The position numbers and the translations under genes are program-made. Source: Sedimentisphaerales bacterium (GTDB lineage Bacteria > Planctomycetota > Phycisphaerae > Sedimentisphaerales > Anaerobacaceae). Taken from it: a stretch of 64,000 bases of DNA. Where the stretch lies: NCBI GenBank assembly GCA_963708075.1, contig OY970194.1, positions 5,856,001 through 5,920,000 on the forward strand, in the 5' to 3' direction. The notes under the pieces were generated by a model. That model was not told the DNA's origin and searched no databases. It saw nothing but the letters and a program-made list of their open reading frames with translations. Of this stretch, positions 10,306-19,041 are shown piece after piece. Within the stretch, counting starts at the first letter, position 1. The number at the start of each line of letters is the position of its first letter.

Positions 10306-11253
10306 ATGAAAGCGAAAAAAGGTTTCACACTCGTTGAGCTGTTGGTGGTGATTGCCATCATCGCTCTGCTGATGGGCATTCTGATGCCGGCATTGGCGCG
10401 TGTGCGTCAGTTGGCATTTCGAATGGTCTGCGGCACAAACCTGTCGGGCATCGGCAAGGCCATGCTGATCTACGCCAATGACTATGAGGATGAGCTTCCT
10501 CGAGCCGGCGGCCGCAACGGTACCTGGGGTGCCACGCCGATGTGGAATGGGCAGACACGCAATCAGGCGTTCACCATTCCGGCCACTGGCGAAGGCGGCA
10601 TAGCTTCGATCAGCTCGTGCTTCTACCTGCTGGTCAAGTACTCGGAAGTGACGCCGAAGTCGTTTATCTGCAAGGGCGATGCCGGCACGAGCGAGTTCAA
10701 GCTGTCCGAGCAGGCGGGCCTGACGACGAACTTTGAGTTGATCGATGCCTGGGACTTCGGCCCGCCGGCGGAGGCATTGAAGCATTGCAGCTACACGTAC
10801 CATGTTCCATTCTCGATGTATGCGTTAACGACCTCGAATGAGCCTGGCTTTGCGGTGGCGGCGGATCGCAACCCGTGGATCAGCAGCCCGGCGGGCACGG
10901 CACCGGTGTTTCCCGGCACTCCCCCATTCAGGCCCGATGTGGTGTACCCCGGTGGTACGGCGGGCACCAGCGATGAGGCCAAGAGGGGCAACACCGTTGG
11001 CCATCAGCTTGACGGCCAGAACGTGCTGTTCCTGGACAGCCACGTGGAGTTTGCCAAGAGGTCATACTGCTCGATTGAGGATGACAACATCTACACGAAA
11101 TCCACGGACATGACGACAGGGAAGGGCAGCATCATGGGGGCCTTCCCCGGGGCCGCTTCGGGCCTGGAGCCGACGAACCGCAAGGATTCCCTCCTGGTCC
11201 ATGACCCGGATACCTTCAAGTCGGTCACGCCCGGTGGTCGCACCGGTCGGTGA
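10306..11253 (+). CDS. Type IV prepilin-like protein, paralog 3 (close copy of paralog 1)
   Basis: KKG|FTLVELL motif; shares long identical amino-acid and nucleotide stretches with 6663..7604. Confidence 0.92.
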   Translation: MKAKKGFTLVELLVVIAIIALLMGILMPALARVRQLAFRMVCGTNLSGIGKAMLIYANDYEDELPRAGGRNGTWGATPMWNGQTRNQAFTIPATGEGGIASISSCFYLLVKYSEVTPKSFICKGDAGTSEFKLSEQAGLTTNFELIDAWDFGPPAEALKHCSYTYHVPFSMYALTTSNEPGFAVAADRNPWISSPAGTAPVFPGTPPFRPDVVYPGGTAGTSDEAKRGNTVGHQLDGQNVLFLDSHVEFAKRSYCSIEDDNIYTKSTDMTTGKGSIMGAFPGAASGLEPTNRKDSLLVHDPDTFKSVTPGGRTGR

Positions 11254-11279
11254 CGCCACGGTCTATCCCTGTGACATGG

Positions 11280-11324
11280 AAAGGCGGCCCCGCGAGGCGG
11301 AGCGCGGGGCTGCCGTTTTTTCTT
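11280..11324 (+). terminator. Intrinsic terminator after prepilin paralog 3
   Basis: GGCGGCCCCGCG...CGCGGGGCTGCC followed by GTTTTTTCTT; similar to the paralog 1 terminator. Confidence 0.75.
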
Positions 11325-11506
11325 GCCCTTCATCCACGGAGCGGCCGCAATGCGCGGACGCCAATCCGCAGCGTGCGCCGCGATGTCGGCCAAAATTGGT
11401 CACACCCCTTGTTCGACGAGCCTGTTTTCGGGTACTATGTCTGCTTCCTGAATTCGTAACGATGAAACAAAACAGCAATGATACAGAGCGTTGAACGAAG
11501 GAGTAC

Positions 11507-12964
11507 GTGATCATGGCACAAGCAGACATAGGCCTCATCGGCCTGGCAGTCATGGGGGAGAATCTCATCCTGAACATGGAGAGTAAAGGGTTTACGGTCG
11601 CCTGTTTCAATCGCACCGTCTCCAAGGTGGACGATTTCATCAATGGCCGTGCCAAGGGCAAGAATATCATCGGCTGTCACTCCGTCGAGGAGTTCGTCGG
11701 CGCCCTGAAGAAGCCGCGAAAGATCATGCTCATGGTCAAGGCGGGAAAGCCTGTGGACGAGTTCATCGACCACCTGCTGCCGCTGCTCGAAAATGGGGAC
11801 ATCATTATCGATGGCGGCAACAGCAACTACCAGGACACAATTCGCCGGACTGCCCTCGTCGAGAGCCAGGGCAAGCTCTATATCGGCACCGGCGTCTCCG
11901 GTGGCGAGGAAGGCGCCCTGACCGGCCCGGCCATCATGCCCGGCGGCTCGCCGGCGGCCTGGGAGCACATCAAACCCATCTTCCAGAAGATCGCCGCCAA
12001 GGCCCCCGACGGCACGCCCTGCTGCGAGTGGATGGGCGAGAACGGGGCCGGCCACTTCGTCAAGATGGTGCACAACGGCATCGAGTACGGCGATATGCAG
12101 ATGATCTGCGAGACTTACCAGATCATGAAGGAAGGTCTCGGCATGAGCAACGAGGAGATGCAGCAGGTCTTTGCTGAGTGGAACAAGAGCGAGCTGGATT
12201 CTTATCTGATCGAGATCACCGCCGACATCCTCGCCGTCAAGGACGAGGAGGGCAATGACGTGATCGACCTGATCCTCGACACGGCCGGTCAGAAGGGCAC
12301 CGGCAAGTGGACGGTCGTCGAAGCCCTCGACCAGGGCCAGCCGCTGACGCTTATCGCGGAAGCTGTTTTCGCCCGCTGCCTGTCCGCCCTCAAGGACGAG
12401 CGAGTCGATGCCTCGAAGGTCCTCCCCGGTCCCAAGGCCACGTTCCGCGGCAAGAAGCAGAACCTCCTCACGGACCTGCGCCAGGCGCTGTACGCCGCGA
12501 AGATCGTCAGCTACGCCCAGGGCTTCATGCTGATGCGGGCGGCGGCCAAAGAACACAAGTGGAACCTGAATTACGGGGCCATCGCCTCGATCTGGCGTGG
12601 CGGCTGCATCATCCGTTCGGTCTTCCTGGGCAAGATCAAGGAGGCGTTCGACCGGAGGGCCGACCTGCCGAACCTGCTGCTGGATCCATTCTTCAAGGCG
12701 GCGGTCCTCAAGGCTCAGGGCGGCTGGCGGCGCGTGATCACCACGGCAGTCAAGCTGGGCATCCCCATGCCCGCGATCGGGTCGGCGCTGTCTTTCTTCG
12801 ATGGCTATCGCCACGAGCGGCTGCCCGCCAACCTGCTCCAGGCGCAGCGTGATTACTTCGGCGCCCACACGTACGAGCGCGTGGACAAGCCGCGAGGCCA
12901 GTTCTTCCATACGAACTGGACCGGCCGGGGTGGCACGACCTCCGCGTCGACGTACACAGTGTGA
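11507..12964 (+). CDS. gnd: 6-phosphogluconate dehydrogenase, NADP-dependent, decarboxylating
   Basis: GLIGLAVMGENL, DGGNS, GVSGGEEGA, GHFVKMVHNGIEYGDMQ, QKGTGKWT, QAQRDYFGAHTYER. Confidence 0.97.
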   Translation: MIMAQADIGLIGLAVMGENLILNMESKGFTVACFNRTVSKVDDFINGRAKGKNIIGCHSVEEFVGALKKPRKIMLMVKAGKPVDEFIDHLLPLLENGDIIIDGGNSNYQDTIRRTALVESQGKLYIGTGVSGGEEGALTGPAIMPGGSPAAWEHIKPIFQKIAAKAPDGTPCCEWMGENGAGHFVKMVHNGIEYGDMQMICETYQIMKEGLGMSNEEMQQVFAEWNKSELDSYLIEITADILAVKDEEGNDVIDLILDTAGQKGTGKWTVVEALDQGQPLTLIAEAVFARCLSALKDERVDASKVLPGPKATFRGKKQNLLTDLRQALYAAKIVSYAQGFMLMRAAAKEHKWNLNYGAIASIWRGGCIIRSVFLGKIKEAFDRRADLPNLLLDPFFKAAVLKAQGGWRRVITTAVKLGIPMPAIGSALSFFDGYRHERLPANLLQAQRDYFGAHTYERVDKPRGQFFHTNWTGRGGTTSASTYTV

Positions 12965-13026
12965 GCTGGGGGCCTTCATGGACTTTCGCCCCACTGCAAA
13001 AGGTTGAGAATGGCTTTGGATGATTC

Positions 13027-13101
13027 GTAGGGTGGGTCCTTGACCCACGCGGCTGCACGTTCGAAGCGCGCGGTAACGCGTGGGTTGAGAACCCACCCTA
13101 C
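13027..13101. repeat. GTAG-type REP doublet; a related single copy lies at 29844-29867
   Basis: GTAGGGTGGGTCCTTGACCCACGC ... GCGTGGGTTGAGAACCCACCCTAC. Confidence 0.75.
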
Positions 13102-13150
13102 ATGCTGTCCCCCTTATCTATGAAACCTTCGAAGGAAGTCAGGAACTGAA

Positions 13151-14320
13151 TTGATGTACGACAGCCGCCGGATGCAGTCTGTGCAGATGCCGATCATTCC
13201 CGTCGTTGGCGAGTTGATCCGCGCCAATCCCGGCACGATCTCTCTCGGCCAGGGCGTCGCCTGGTATGGGCCGCCGCCGGAAGCGGCCGAGTACATCCAG
13301 AAGTTCCTCGCCGATCCGCAGAACCACAAGTACAAGCTCGTGCAGGGCATCCCGGAGTTGTTGGAGGCCATCCAGCGAAAGCTTGCCGGCGAGAACGGCA
13401 TCCAGCTCGGCAGCGATCAGCGGATCGTCGTGACTGCGGGAGCCAACATGGGTTTCGTCAACGCGGTCCTGGCGATCACCGATCCCGGCGACGAGATCAT
13501 TCTCAACCTGCCGTACTACTTCAATCATGAGATGGCGATCGCGATGGCCGACTGCAAAGCAGTTTGCGTGCCGACCGACGAGAGCTATCGGTTGCAGCCG
13601 GACCTCATCGAGCGCGCCGTTACCCGCTGCACGCGGGCGGTGGTCACAATCTCCCCGAACAATCCCACCGGCGGCGTGTACTCCGAGGAATCGCTCAGGC
13701 AGGTCAACGAGATCTGCCGAGAGCACGGCCTGTATCATATTTCCGACGAAGCCTATGAGTATTTTACTTACGACGGCGCCAGACACTTCTCGCCCGGTGC
13801 CATCGAGGGCAGCTCACAACACACGATCTCGCTGTTCTCGCTGTCAAAGGCCTATGGCTTTGCGAGCTGGCGAATCGGCTGGATGGTCATCCCCGAGCGG
13901 CTGTTCATGCCCGTTCGCAAAATCCAGGACACCGTCCTGATCTGCCCGCCGGTGATCTCCCAGTGGGCCGCTGTCGGCGCCATGCAGGCAGGAAGGGCCT
14001 ACTGCGAGACGAAGCTGCGCGTCACCCGCGAGGTTCGCCGGCTTGTGCTCCAGAGGTTGCACGAGATCAGCGATCTTGTCGCCATTCCCCGGGCCGAGGG
14101 TGCGTTCTATCTCCTGCTGTGCATTCGCACCGACATGGACCCCATGCATCTTACACAACGGCTGATCGAGGAGCACAAGGTCGCCGTGATCCCCGGCACG
14201 ACGTTCGGTGTCCGGGACCAATGCCTCCTGCGCGTCGGGTATGGCGCCCTGGAGGAGGAGACCGCGTGCGAAGGCGCCGGCCGGCTAGTACGGGGTCTGC
14301 GGCAGATCCTGACGTCCTGA
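13151..14320 (+). CDS. PLP-dependent aminotransferase, class I/II
   Basis: SPNNPTG, SDEAY, and SLSKAYGFASWRIG carrying the PLP lysine. Confidence 0.92.
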   Translation: MMYDSRRMQSVQMPIIPVVGELIRANPGTISLGQGVAWYGPPPEAAEYIQKFLADPQNHKYKLVQGIPELLEAIQRKLAGENGIQLGSDQRIVVTAGANMGFVNAVLAITDPGDEIILNLPYYFNHEMAIAMADCKAVCVPTDESYRLQPDLIERAVTRCTRAVVTISPNNPTGGVYSEESLRQVNEICREHGLYHISDEAYEYFTYDGARHFSPGAIEGSSQHTISLFSLSKAYGFASWRIGWMVIPERLFMPVRKIQDTVLICPPVISQWAAVGAMQAGRAYCETKLRVTREVRRLVLQRLHEISDLVAIPRAEGAFYLLLCIRTDMDPMHLTQRLIEEHKVAVIPGTTFGVRDQCLLRVGYGALEEETACEGAGRLVRGLRQILTS

Positions 14321-14540
14321 GTGCTGTCTTCGGTCCTGGGCGGCCCACGGCCGTGATGTACAGGACACGGGCAAAGCCCCTCCCGGCGAAAACAAGCATG
14401 TTACTCCCGCGCTTTTACGCCTTTTCCTTATATTCCCTTCGAATGATATCGCCTTATCCTTGAAAGGAAGTCCCAGGGTCGCTTGCTCGGACGGCCCATG
14501 GATTCCGGGGTAGTGTCGGCTACTGCTGAGGAGATATGGC

Positions 14541-14678
14541 ATGAATCGTATGGTGAGAGTGATCATGTGGTGTGTGCTGGCGCTACTGTCCATCTCCATG
14601 GTCGGCTGCAACACCATGAGAGGGGCGGGTGAAGACGTAGAGAATCTCGGTGAAGGTATGCAGGACGTGGCCAGTTGA
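14541..14678 (+). CDS. Entericidin A/B family lipoprotein (not in the ORF track)
   Basis: Manual translation MNRMVRVIMWCVLALLSISMVGCNTMRGAGEDVENLGEGMQDVAS*: lipobox followed by the CNTxxGxGxD signature. GAGGAG RBS. Confidence 0.85.
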   Translation: MNRMVRVIMWCVLALLSISMVGCNTMRGAGEDVENLGEGMQDVAS

Positions 14679-14940
14679 GTTGATGCGAATCCGGAGGAGA
14701 TGTCCTGTACGCGTGTGATGGTGCAGGCATGTTTCCACGGGATGATCGCCGGGGTCTGAAGACGCCGGTCCCCTGCCACGTGAGCCGCACGGAGGGCAGG
14801 CGCCGGGACAATGCCCGGTGCTATGGCGAAACCATTCAACGCGATGTCGGGGCCGGTTACGCGTCCCGACACCACGGAAGATATTGTAGCGAGGATGAAT
14901 TCAACGGCTTGTGAGCCACGAGTTTAAGGGAGGTAATCCA

Positions 14941-15464
14941 ATGAATAGGAAGATACTATTGATGTTGGTGGCGGCGGTATTGACCATAGGCATGCTCGGT
15001 TGTCGGCGTGAGAGCCCCACGGCCAGAGAGGGCACGCGGCGGGGAACGGCCAAGACGCCGGGCGCGACCCCTGAGGCGCCTAGTGAAGTAGGCAAAGCGC
15101 CGGGTACAGCTCCTGGGACCACCGCTCCGGGCGCTGGAGCAGCGGGACAGGCCGTCGCTCAGCAAAAACAGGAGTTCATCTCCAACGCTGAGAAGATGCT
15201 CAGTAATCTTGAGCAGCAGGCGCAGGCCGCGCGGCGCAGGTGCCGGAGCAGGATCGTGAAAAAGTGCAACAGCTCCAGCAGCAGCTCCAGCAGCAGATTG
15301 CAGACGCCAGACAGAATGTCAATAAGCTCCGGGATGCTCCTGCAGATACCTGGCGTGATATGACCGTTGCGGTCAACAGCTCCATTCAGAACGCCCAAGG
15401 CACCTTCAAGGAGCTTCAGTCGATCACCCAGGGGCAGAGACAGGTCACGCGGCAGCAGCCGTGA
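14941..15464 (+). CDS. Lipoprotein with a Gln-rich coiled coil (frameshift near 15235)
   Basis: Lipobox MLGC; GGAGG RBS; the coiled-coil sequence continues in ORF 15240..15464 in another frame. Confidence 0.65.
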
Positions 15465-15551
15465 CAATGATTCTGCTGATCTCGTACGGCACGTATCGGC
15501 TGCTCGTCGGGTCCTCTCACCACGCGTGATGACCCGACGGCAGCCGCTCTC

Positions 15552-16592
15552 TTACCTGGTCAACCCTGTCCTGGTTTGATCGGCCGGCTCGGCTTCGTTC
15601 TCGGCGTCGAAGCGGCTTCGCAACAGTTGCTGGACCGCCTGGATATCCGCGAGGACCTCCGCCGCGGAGCGTCCCTGGGTCATCGCGATCTCATCCGGAT
15701 CCCAGCCATCCAGCAGATGAAGCGTGAACGCACGGCGCTGCACGGGAGGCAACGCGCTCAACTGCCTCAAGACCCATTGCATCTGGTCCTGGAGATCCAG
15801 CTCCCGCCAGGGCTCGTCCGCGGCGAGGTTCGGCAGAACGTCATTCAGTCTCACGTCCGGCGGCTCTTCCCACAGGGACTCAATGTCCGTGATCTCGGCG
15901 GCTTCCGCTTCAGGAGGCGAATCGGTTTCCTCCATCTCGCTGTCGATCGAAACCGCCGGCCTGTCCGAGACCTGCTCGTCGAGCACCTCATGGAGGAGTC
16001 TTGTCAGCCAGACCTCCATCGGCTCCGTAGGATCTCTCGCATCCAACTGCATCCACGCCCGCAGGATGACTTCGTCCCGCACGTCCTCCACAGTGATCTG
16101 ACGCCGTTGGATTCGTCCCTGCATCTGCGCCACGATCAATTCGTGATGGGCGTGACGGCTCAGCCGGTCCATCGCGGGACGCAGCATCTCGAAGAAAGTC
16201 TCCCTGTCGGGTTTACCGAGATTCGATTCCAGCAGCACCGCCGCGTGTCTGAACGTCTCTCGCCTGTGATGCTTCCTGCGGTAGGAATCATCGTGGCGGA
16301 TGTATTTCCTGTGCCTGCGGAGCTCCATCGTGAGTTTGTCGACCACGGCGTCGATGGCGTCGTTGTCCATCTGGGAGGAGCTCTCCGCGACGAGGGTGCC
16401 CGTGGGAAGCAGCAGCACGGCCCGCACGTGAAACCTGTCGTGGTTGTGTTTGATCGTGAGGCGCAACTCTCGTTGATCCTCGGGGAAATGCTGGAGCAAT
16501 CTCTCAATGCGTGTCAGTTTCTGCGACCAATATGAACGTATCGTACCTTTTTGCCAGGGTGAGCAATTCTGGAAAACCATGTGCTCCGACAT
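15552..16592 (-). CDS. HPF/RaiA (S30AE) domain fused to sigma70 region 2/4-like domains
   Basis: The N-terminus ...LVAESSSQMDNDAIDAVVDKLTMELRR resembles S30AE. VEDVRDEVILRAW...VWLTRL resembles region 2. LPPVQRRAFTLHLLDGWDPDEIA resembles region 4.2. Confidence 0.75.
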   Translation of the reverse strand: MSEHMVFQNCSPWQKGTIRSYWSQKLTRIERLLQHFPEDQRELRLTIKHNHDRFHVRAVLLLPTGTLVAESSSQMDNDAIDAVVDKLTMELRRHRKYIRHDDSYRRKHHRRETFRHAAVLLESNLGKPDRETFFEMLRPAMDRLSRHAHHELIVAQMQGRIQRRQITVEDVRDEVILRAWMQLDARDPTEPMEVWLTRLLHEVLDEQVSDRPAVSIDSEMEETDSPPEAEAAEITDIESLWEEPPDVRLNDVLPNLAADEPWRELDLQDQMQWVLRQLSALPPVQRRAFTLHLLDGWDPDEIAMTQGRSAAEVLADIQAVQQLLRSRFDAENEAEPADQTRTGLTR

Positions 16593-16790
16593 GTCAGTTA
16601 CTCCTGTCTCTCCGCTGCCATACATTCATAAGCTCGATGCTGAAGAGCACGAGCCAAAACCTTATGACGCTCCGTATAATCCTACGGCAGTTGTTAGCCA
16701 CAGTTCGCAGAAGAGAATAGGAGATCAGCCTAATGGCAGGGGGCAGAAGGATGGCAAACACGGGGTCATTCGACGGCACTGGCCTGTATA

Positions 16791-16866
16791 TCATTGCGAG
16801 CGAAGCGAAGCAATCTTCCATGCTGAGAACTGAGATTGCTTCATCGCTGCGCTCCTCACCATGACA
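16791..16866. repeat. Long palindromic intergenic repeat
   Basis: TCATTGCGAGCGAAGCGAAGCAATCT...AGATTGCTTCATCGCTGCGCTCCTCACCATGACA hairpin. Confidence 0.7.
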
Positions 16867-16956
16867 TACAGGGGATCTGCCGGGCGACTTCCCGTTTGCC
16901 CTGACGACAGAGGAGTTGAGATAGGGAACGCAGGTATAGATGTGAAGTGCTGCGTC

Positions 16957-17853
16957 TTATGAAGGTTCGCTGAGGATGCTGCCGGTGGCTTCGATGAGCT
17001 CCGTCTGCTCCTGCCGGTCCAGCGATTGGCCTTCCTCCAGGGTGCGAATCATGTCTGCAATCCCCGGATCGCTCTCCAGTTGCGCGAGCTTCTCATCCTG
17101 CTCGACAGCAAGGCGGTTGAGCTCGCCAAGATCGAAATCCCACCCGAGGATCATGCTCAGCAGCGAGGCGGCCGCTCTGATGGATTGATAATCTTCGTAA
17201 TCGGACAGGTAGAACGGCACTTCCGCCCACAGGCCCACTCCGGGCAGATGCCGCTGGCCGGCGAGCCACAGCAGGTAGGTGCTCACATGCGGCGGGCCCT
17301 GCCAGTTCGCACCGGTCGGCACAAGCGGCTCCAACCTTCTCTGCGTGGCGGCATCGTTGAAGACCCCGAATATCCGGCGGGGGGCCGTATGGGCGGTCAA
17401 GGCGGCGATGCCGTTGACCGTGTACAGGGCCTCGGCTCGACTGGGCTCGCTCAGATCCGCCTTGCCGTAGTGCTCCGCCAGGTCAAGCACAGCGCTGAGG
17501 AACTCGTACCTGTTGGATTGCGGCTCATCGGCCCGAAGGATCACGACGGGATTTCGCTCGCTGTAGAAGAACTGGCTTTGCGGGAATCGGGCGATGTCGT
17601 CGGTCACGCTCACACCGCCCACGGGATAGAAGTCCACCGGCTCGATCTGGCAGAAATCGCTGCCGTTCGATGCCTTGATCAGATAATCCGCCGTCACCGG
17701 GCTGACGGCGCCGGTATCCTTTGTCCAACCGACCACGAAAGCGAGCTTTCCCAGCTGCGGCTTGGATGTGAAGCGAAACAGCTCCGCCCGCTGCAGGGAC
17801 GCAAAACCCTGCATCCGGGCTCCCGCCGCGGCCCAATCGACGTCAGGATTCAT
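16957..17853 (-). CDS. PAC2 family (proteasome assembly chaperone-like) protein, divergent copy
   Basis: VVGW.DTGAVS, IEPVDFYP..GV.V....A.FP...FFY, GLWAEVPFYL. Paralogous to the upstream gene and overlaps its stop codon. Confidence 0.75.
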   Translation of the reverse strand: MNPDVDWAAAGARMQGFASLQRAELFRFTSKPQLGKLAFVVGWTKDTGAVSPVTADYLIKASNGSDFCQIEPVDFYPVGGVSVTDDIARFPQSQFFYSERNPVVILRADEPQSNRYEFLSAVLDLAEHYGKADLSEPSRAEALYTVNGIAALTAHTAPRRIFGVFNDAATQRRLEPLVPTGANWQGPPHVSTYLLWLAGQRHLPGVGLWAEVPFYLSDYEDYQSIRAAASLLSMILGWDFDLGELNRLAVEQDEKLAQLESDPGIADMIRTLEEGQSLDRQEQTELIEATGSILSEPS

Positions 17854-18805
17854 TGCCGGTTTCGCCTTTGAAGAGTTCATCGATATGCTCCAGTATCTCC
17901 CGCTTCTCGTGTTCCGTGATAGGCCCGATATCCGGCTGCTTGCCTTCCCTGAGCTTCTCCATCTCCGTTCTCACTTGTTCGGGCAACTCCTCGGCGGTGG
18001 CCAGGGCATCGAGAATCTGTTCGATATTCACCTCCACCTTGGCGGCCATCTCGTGCAACTCGCGCAGGTCCAGCCGCACCCCCAGGATGCTGCCGAGCAC
18101 CTCGAGTATGGAGATGGAGGCTTTGGGGTAAGGCCATGGCGCCGCCTGCAGGTAGTAGGGCACCTCTCCCATCAGGCAGACCGCCTCAATCCCTCTGTTT
18201 TTGGCCACGCCCGGCAGGATGCCGTTCAGGCCGGAGATGAGTCCGTCGCCATCCGTGCCGCCAACCTCGGACATCAGGATCGTGTTGCCGTACTTGCGGA
18301 CTTCAGGGATCAGGGCCGGGGTGTTCGGCACCGCCCACACTCTCGGCCTGGCCGTGTGATGAATCGTCGTTACACTCGCCGCCGTTGTATAGATTCTCCG
18401 GCAGCCCAACTGCTCGGCCACGTCGAGAACCTCGCTTGCCATTTCATAGGCTTTGTACTCATCCGCCGGCTGTTGCTCGCCCACCAACAGCAGCAGGTCT
18501 TTATCCGCAAGCCGATGACTGTAGAACTTCGTCGAGGGAAACCGCATTTCTTTAATCAGCCCGTTCTTGACGATGGCCCTGGACGGCTCGAAGTACTCAT
18601 AGGGCTCGATTTCTCCGAACGGCCGTGCTCGCACGAGCCGCCGCAGCGTGCTGACGGCGGTCAGCCCGACGTTGCCGATCCCCGCCCAGCCGCACAGCAT
18701 CACGGGACTCTGCTCCGCAGAGCCGGAGCTTTGTCCTGGCCGGGCATACGGGCGGGTTTCAAACCCGCCCCTACCGTCATGTTCCCCGTAAAGCTTCGCG
18801 CTCAT
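17843..18805 (-). CDS. PAC2 family protein
   Basis: CGWAGIGNVG, GEQQP, ISGLNGIL, CLMGEVPYY, PYPKAS. Confidence 0.85.
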   Translation of the reverse strand: MSAKLYGEHDGRGGFETRPYARPGQSSGSAEQSPVMLCGWAGIGNVGLTAVSTLRRLVRARPFGEIEPYEYFEPSRAIVKNGLIKEMRFPSTKFYSHRLADKDLLLLVGEQQPADEYKAYEMASEVLDVAEQLGCRRIYTTAASVTTIHHTARPRVWAVPNTPALIPEVRKYGNTILMSEVGGTDGDGLISGLNGILPGVAKNRGIEAVCLMGEVPYYLQAAPWPYPKASISILEVLGSILGVRLDLRELHEMAAKVEVNIEQILDALATAEELPEQVRTEMEKLREGKQPDIGPITEHEKREILEHIDELFKGETGNES

Positions 18806-19041
18806 ACCTACTAGTACCAGCCGAGCGGCAGGCGAGTTCATAATTCCGCCGCTGGTGCAGATACGCTGTATCTTGTGTCTGTGCTCGTGCGGGGTTGACG
18901 TGGACGCAGTGGACACAATGGACGATGTGGACTTCGCGCCGGTGCTGGGGTGGGTTGACTTTGTGGGATGATCCGGTGCGTGCGAATGCGAGAATCGGGA
19001 TGTAGGGGCGGGTTTGAAACCCGCCCCCATCACAGGTTGGC

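Noticed and set aside
6663..11253. Diversity-generating retroelement acting on the prepilin paralogs
   Set aside because: Differences between copies are not adenine-specific, all three copies are full ORFs, and there is no reverse transcriptase in the window.
11435..13096. Long antisense ORFs (553 aa opposite gnd; also 4501..5961, 3191..4342, 25052..26218, 53806..54960)
   Set aside because: Shadow ORFs expected from high-GC codon bias on the strand opposite well-supported genes; no recognisable motifs.
16594..16821. 75-aa ORF MEDCFASLAM...
   Set aside because: It starts inside a palindromic repeat and has no RBS or domain support, although a small membrane peptide cannot be fully excluded.
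18806..19033. N-terminal extension of the PAC2 ORF (MMGAGFKPAPT...)
   Set aside because: It is translated REP and low-complexity intergenic sequence; the start was placed at 18805.
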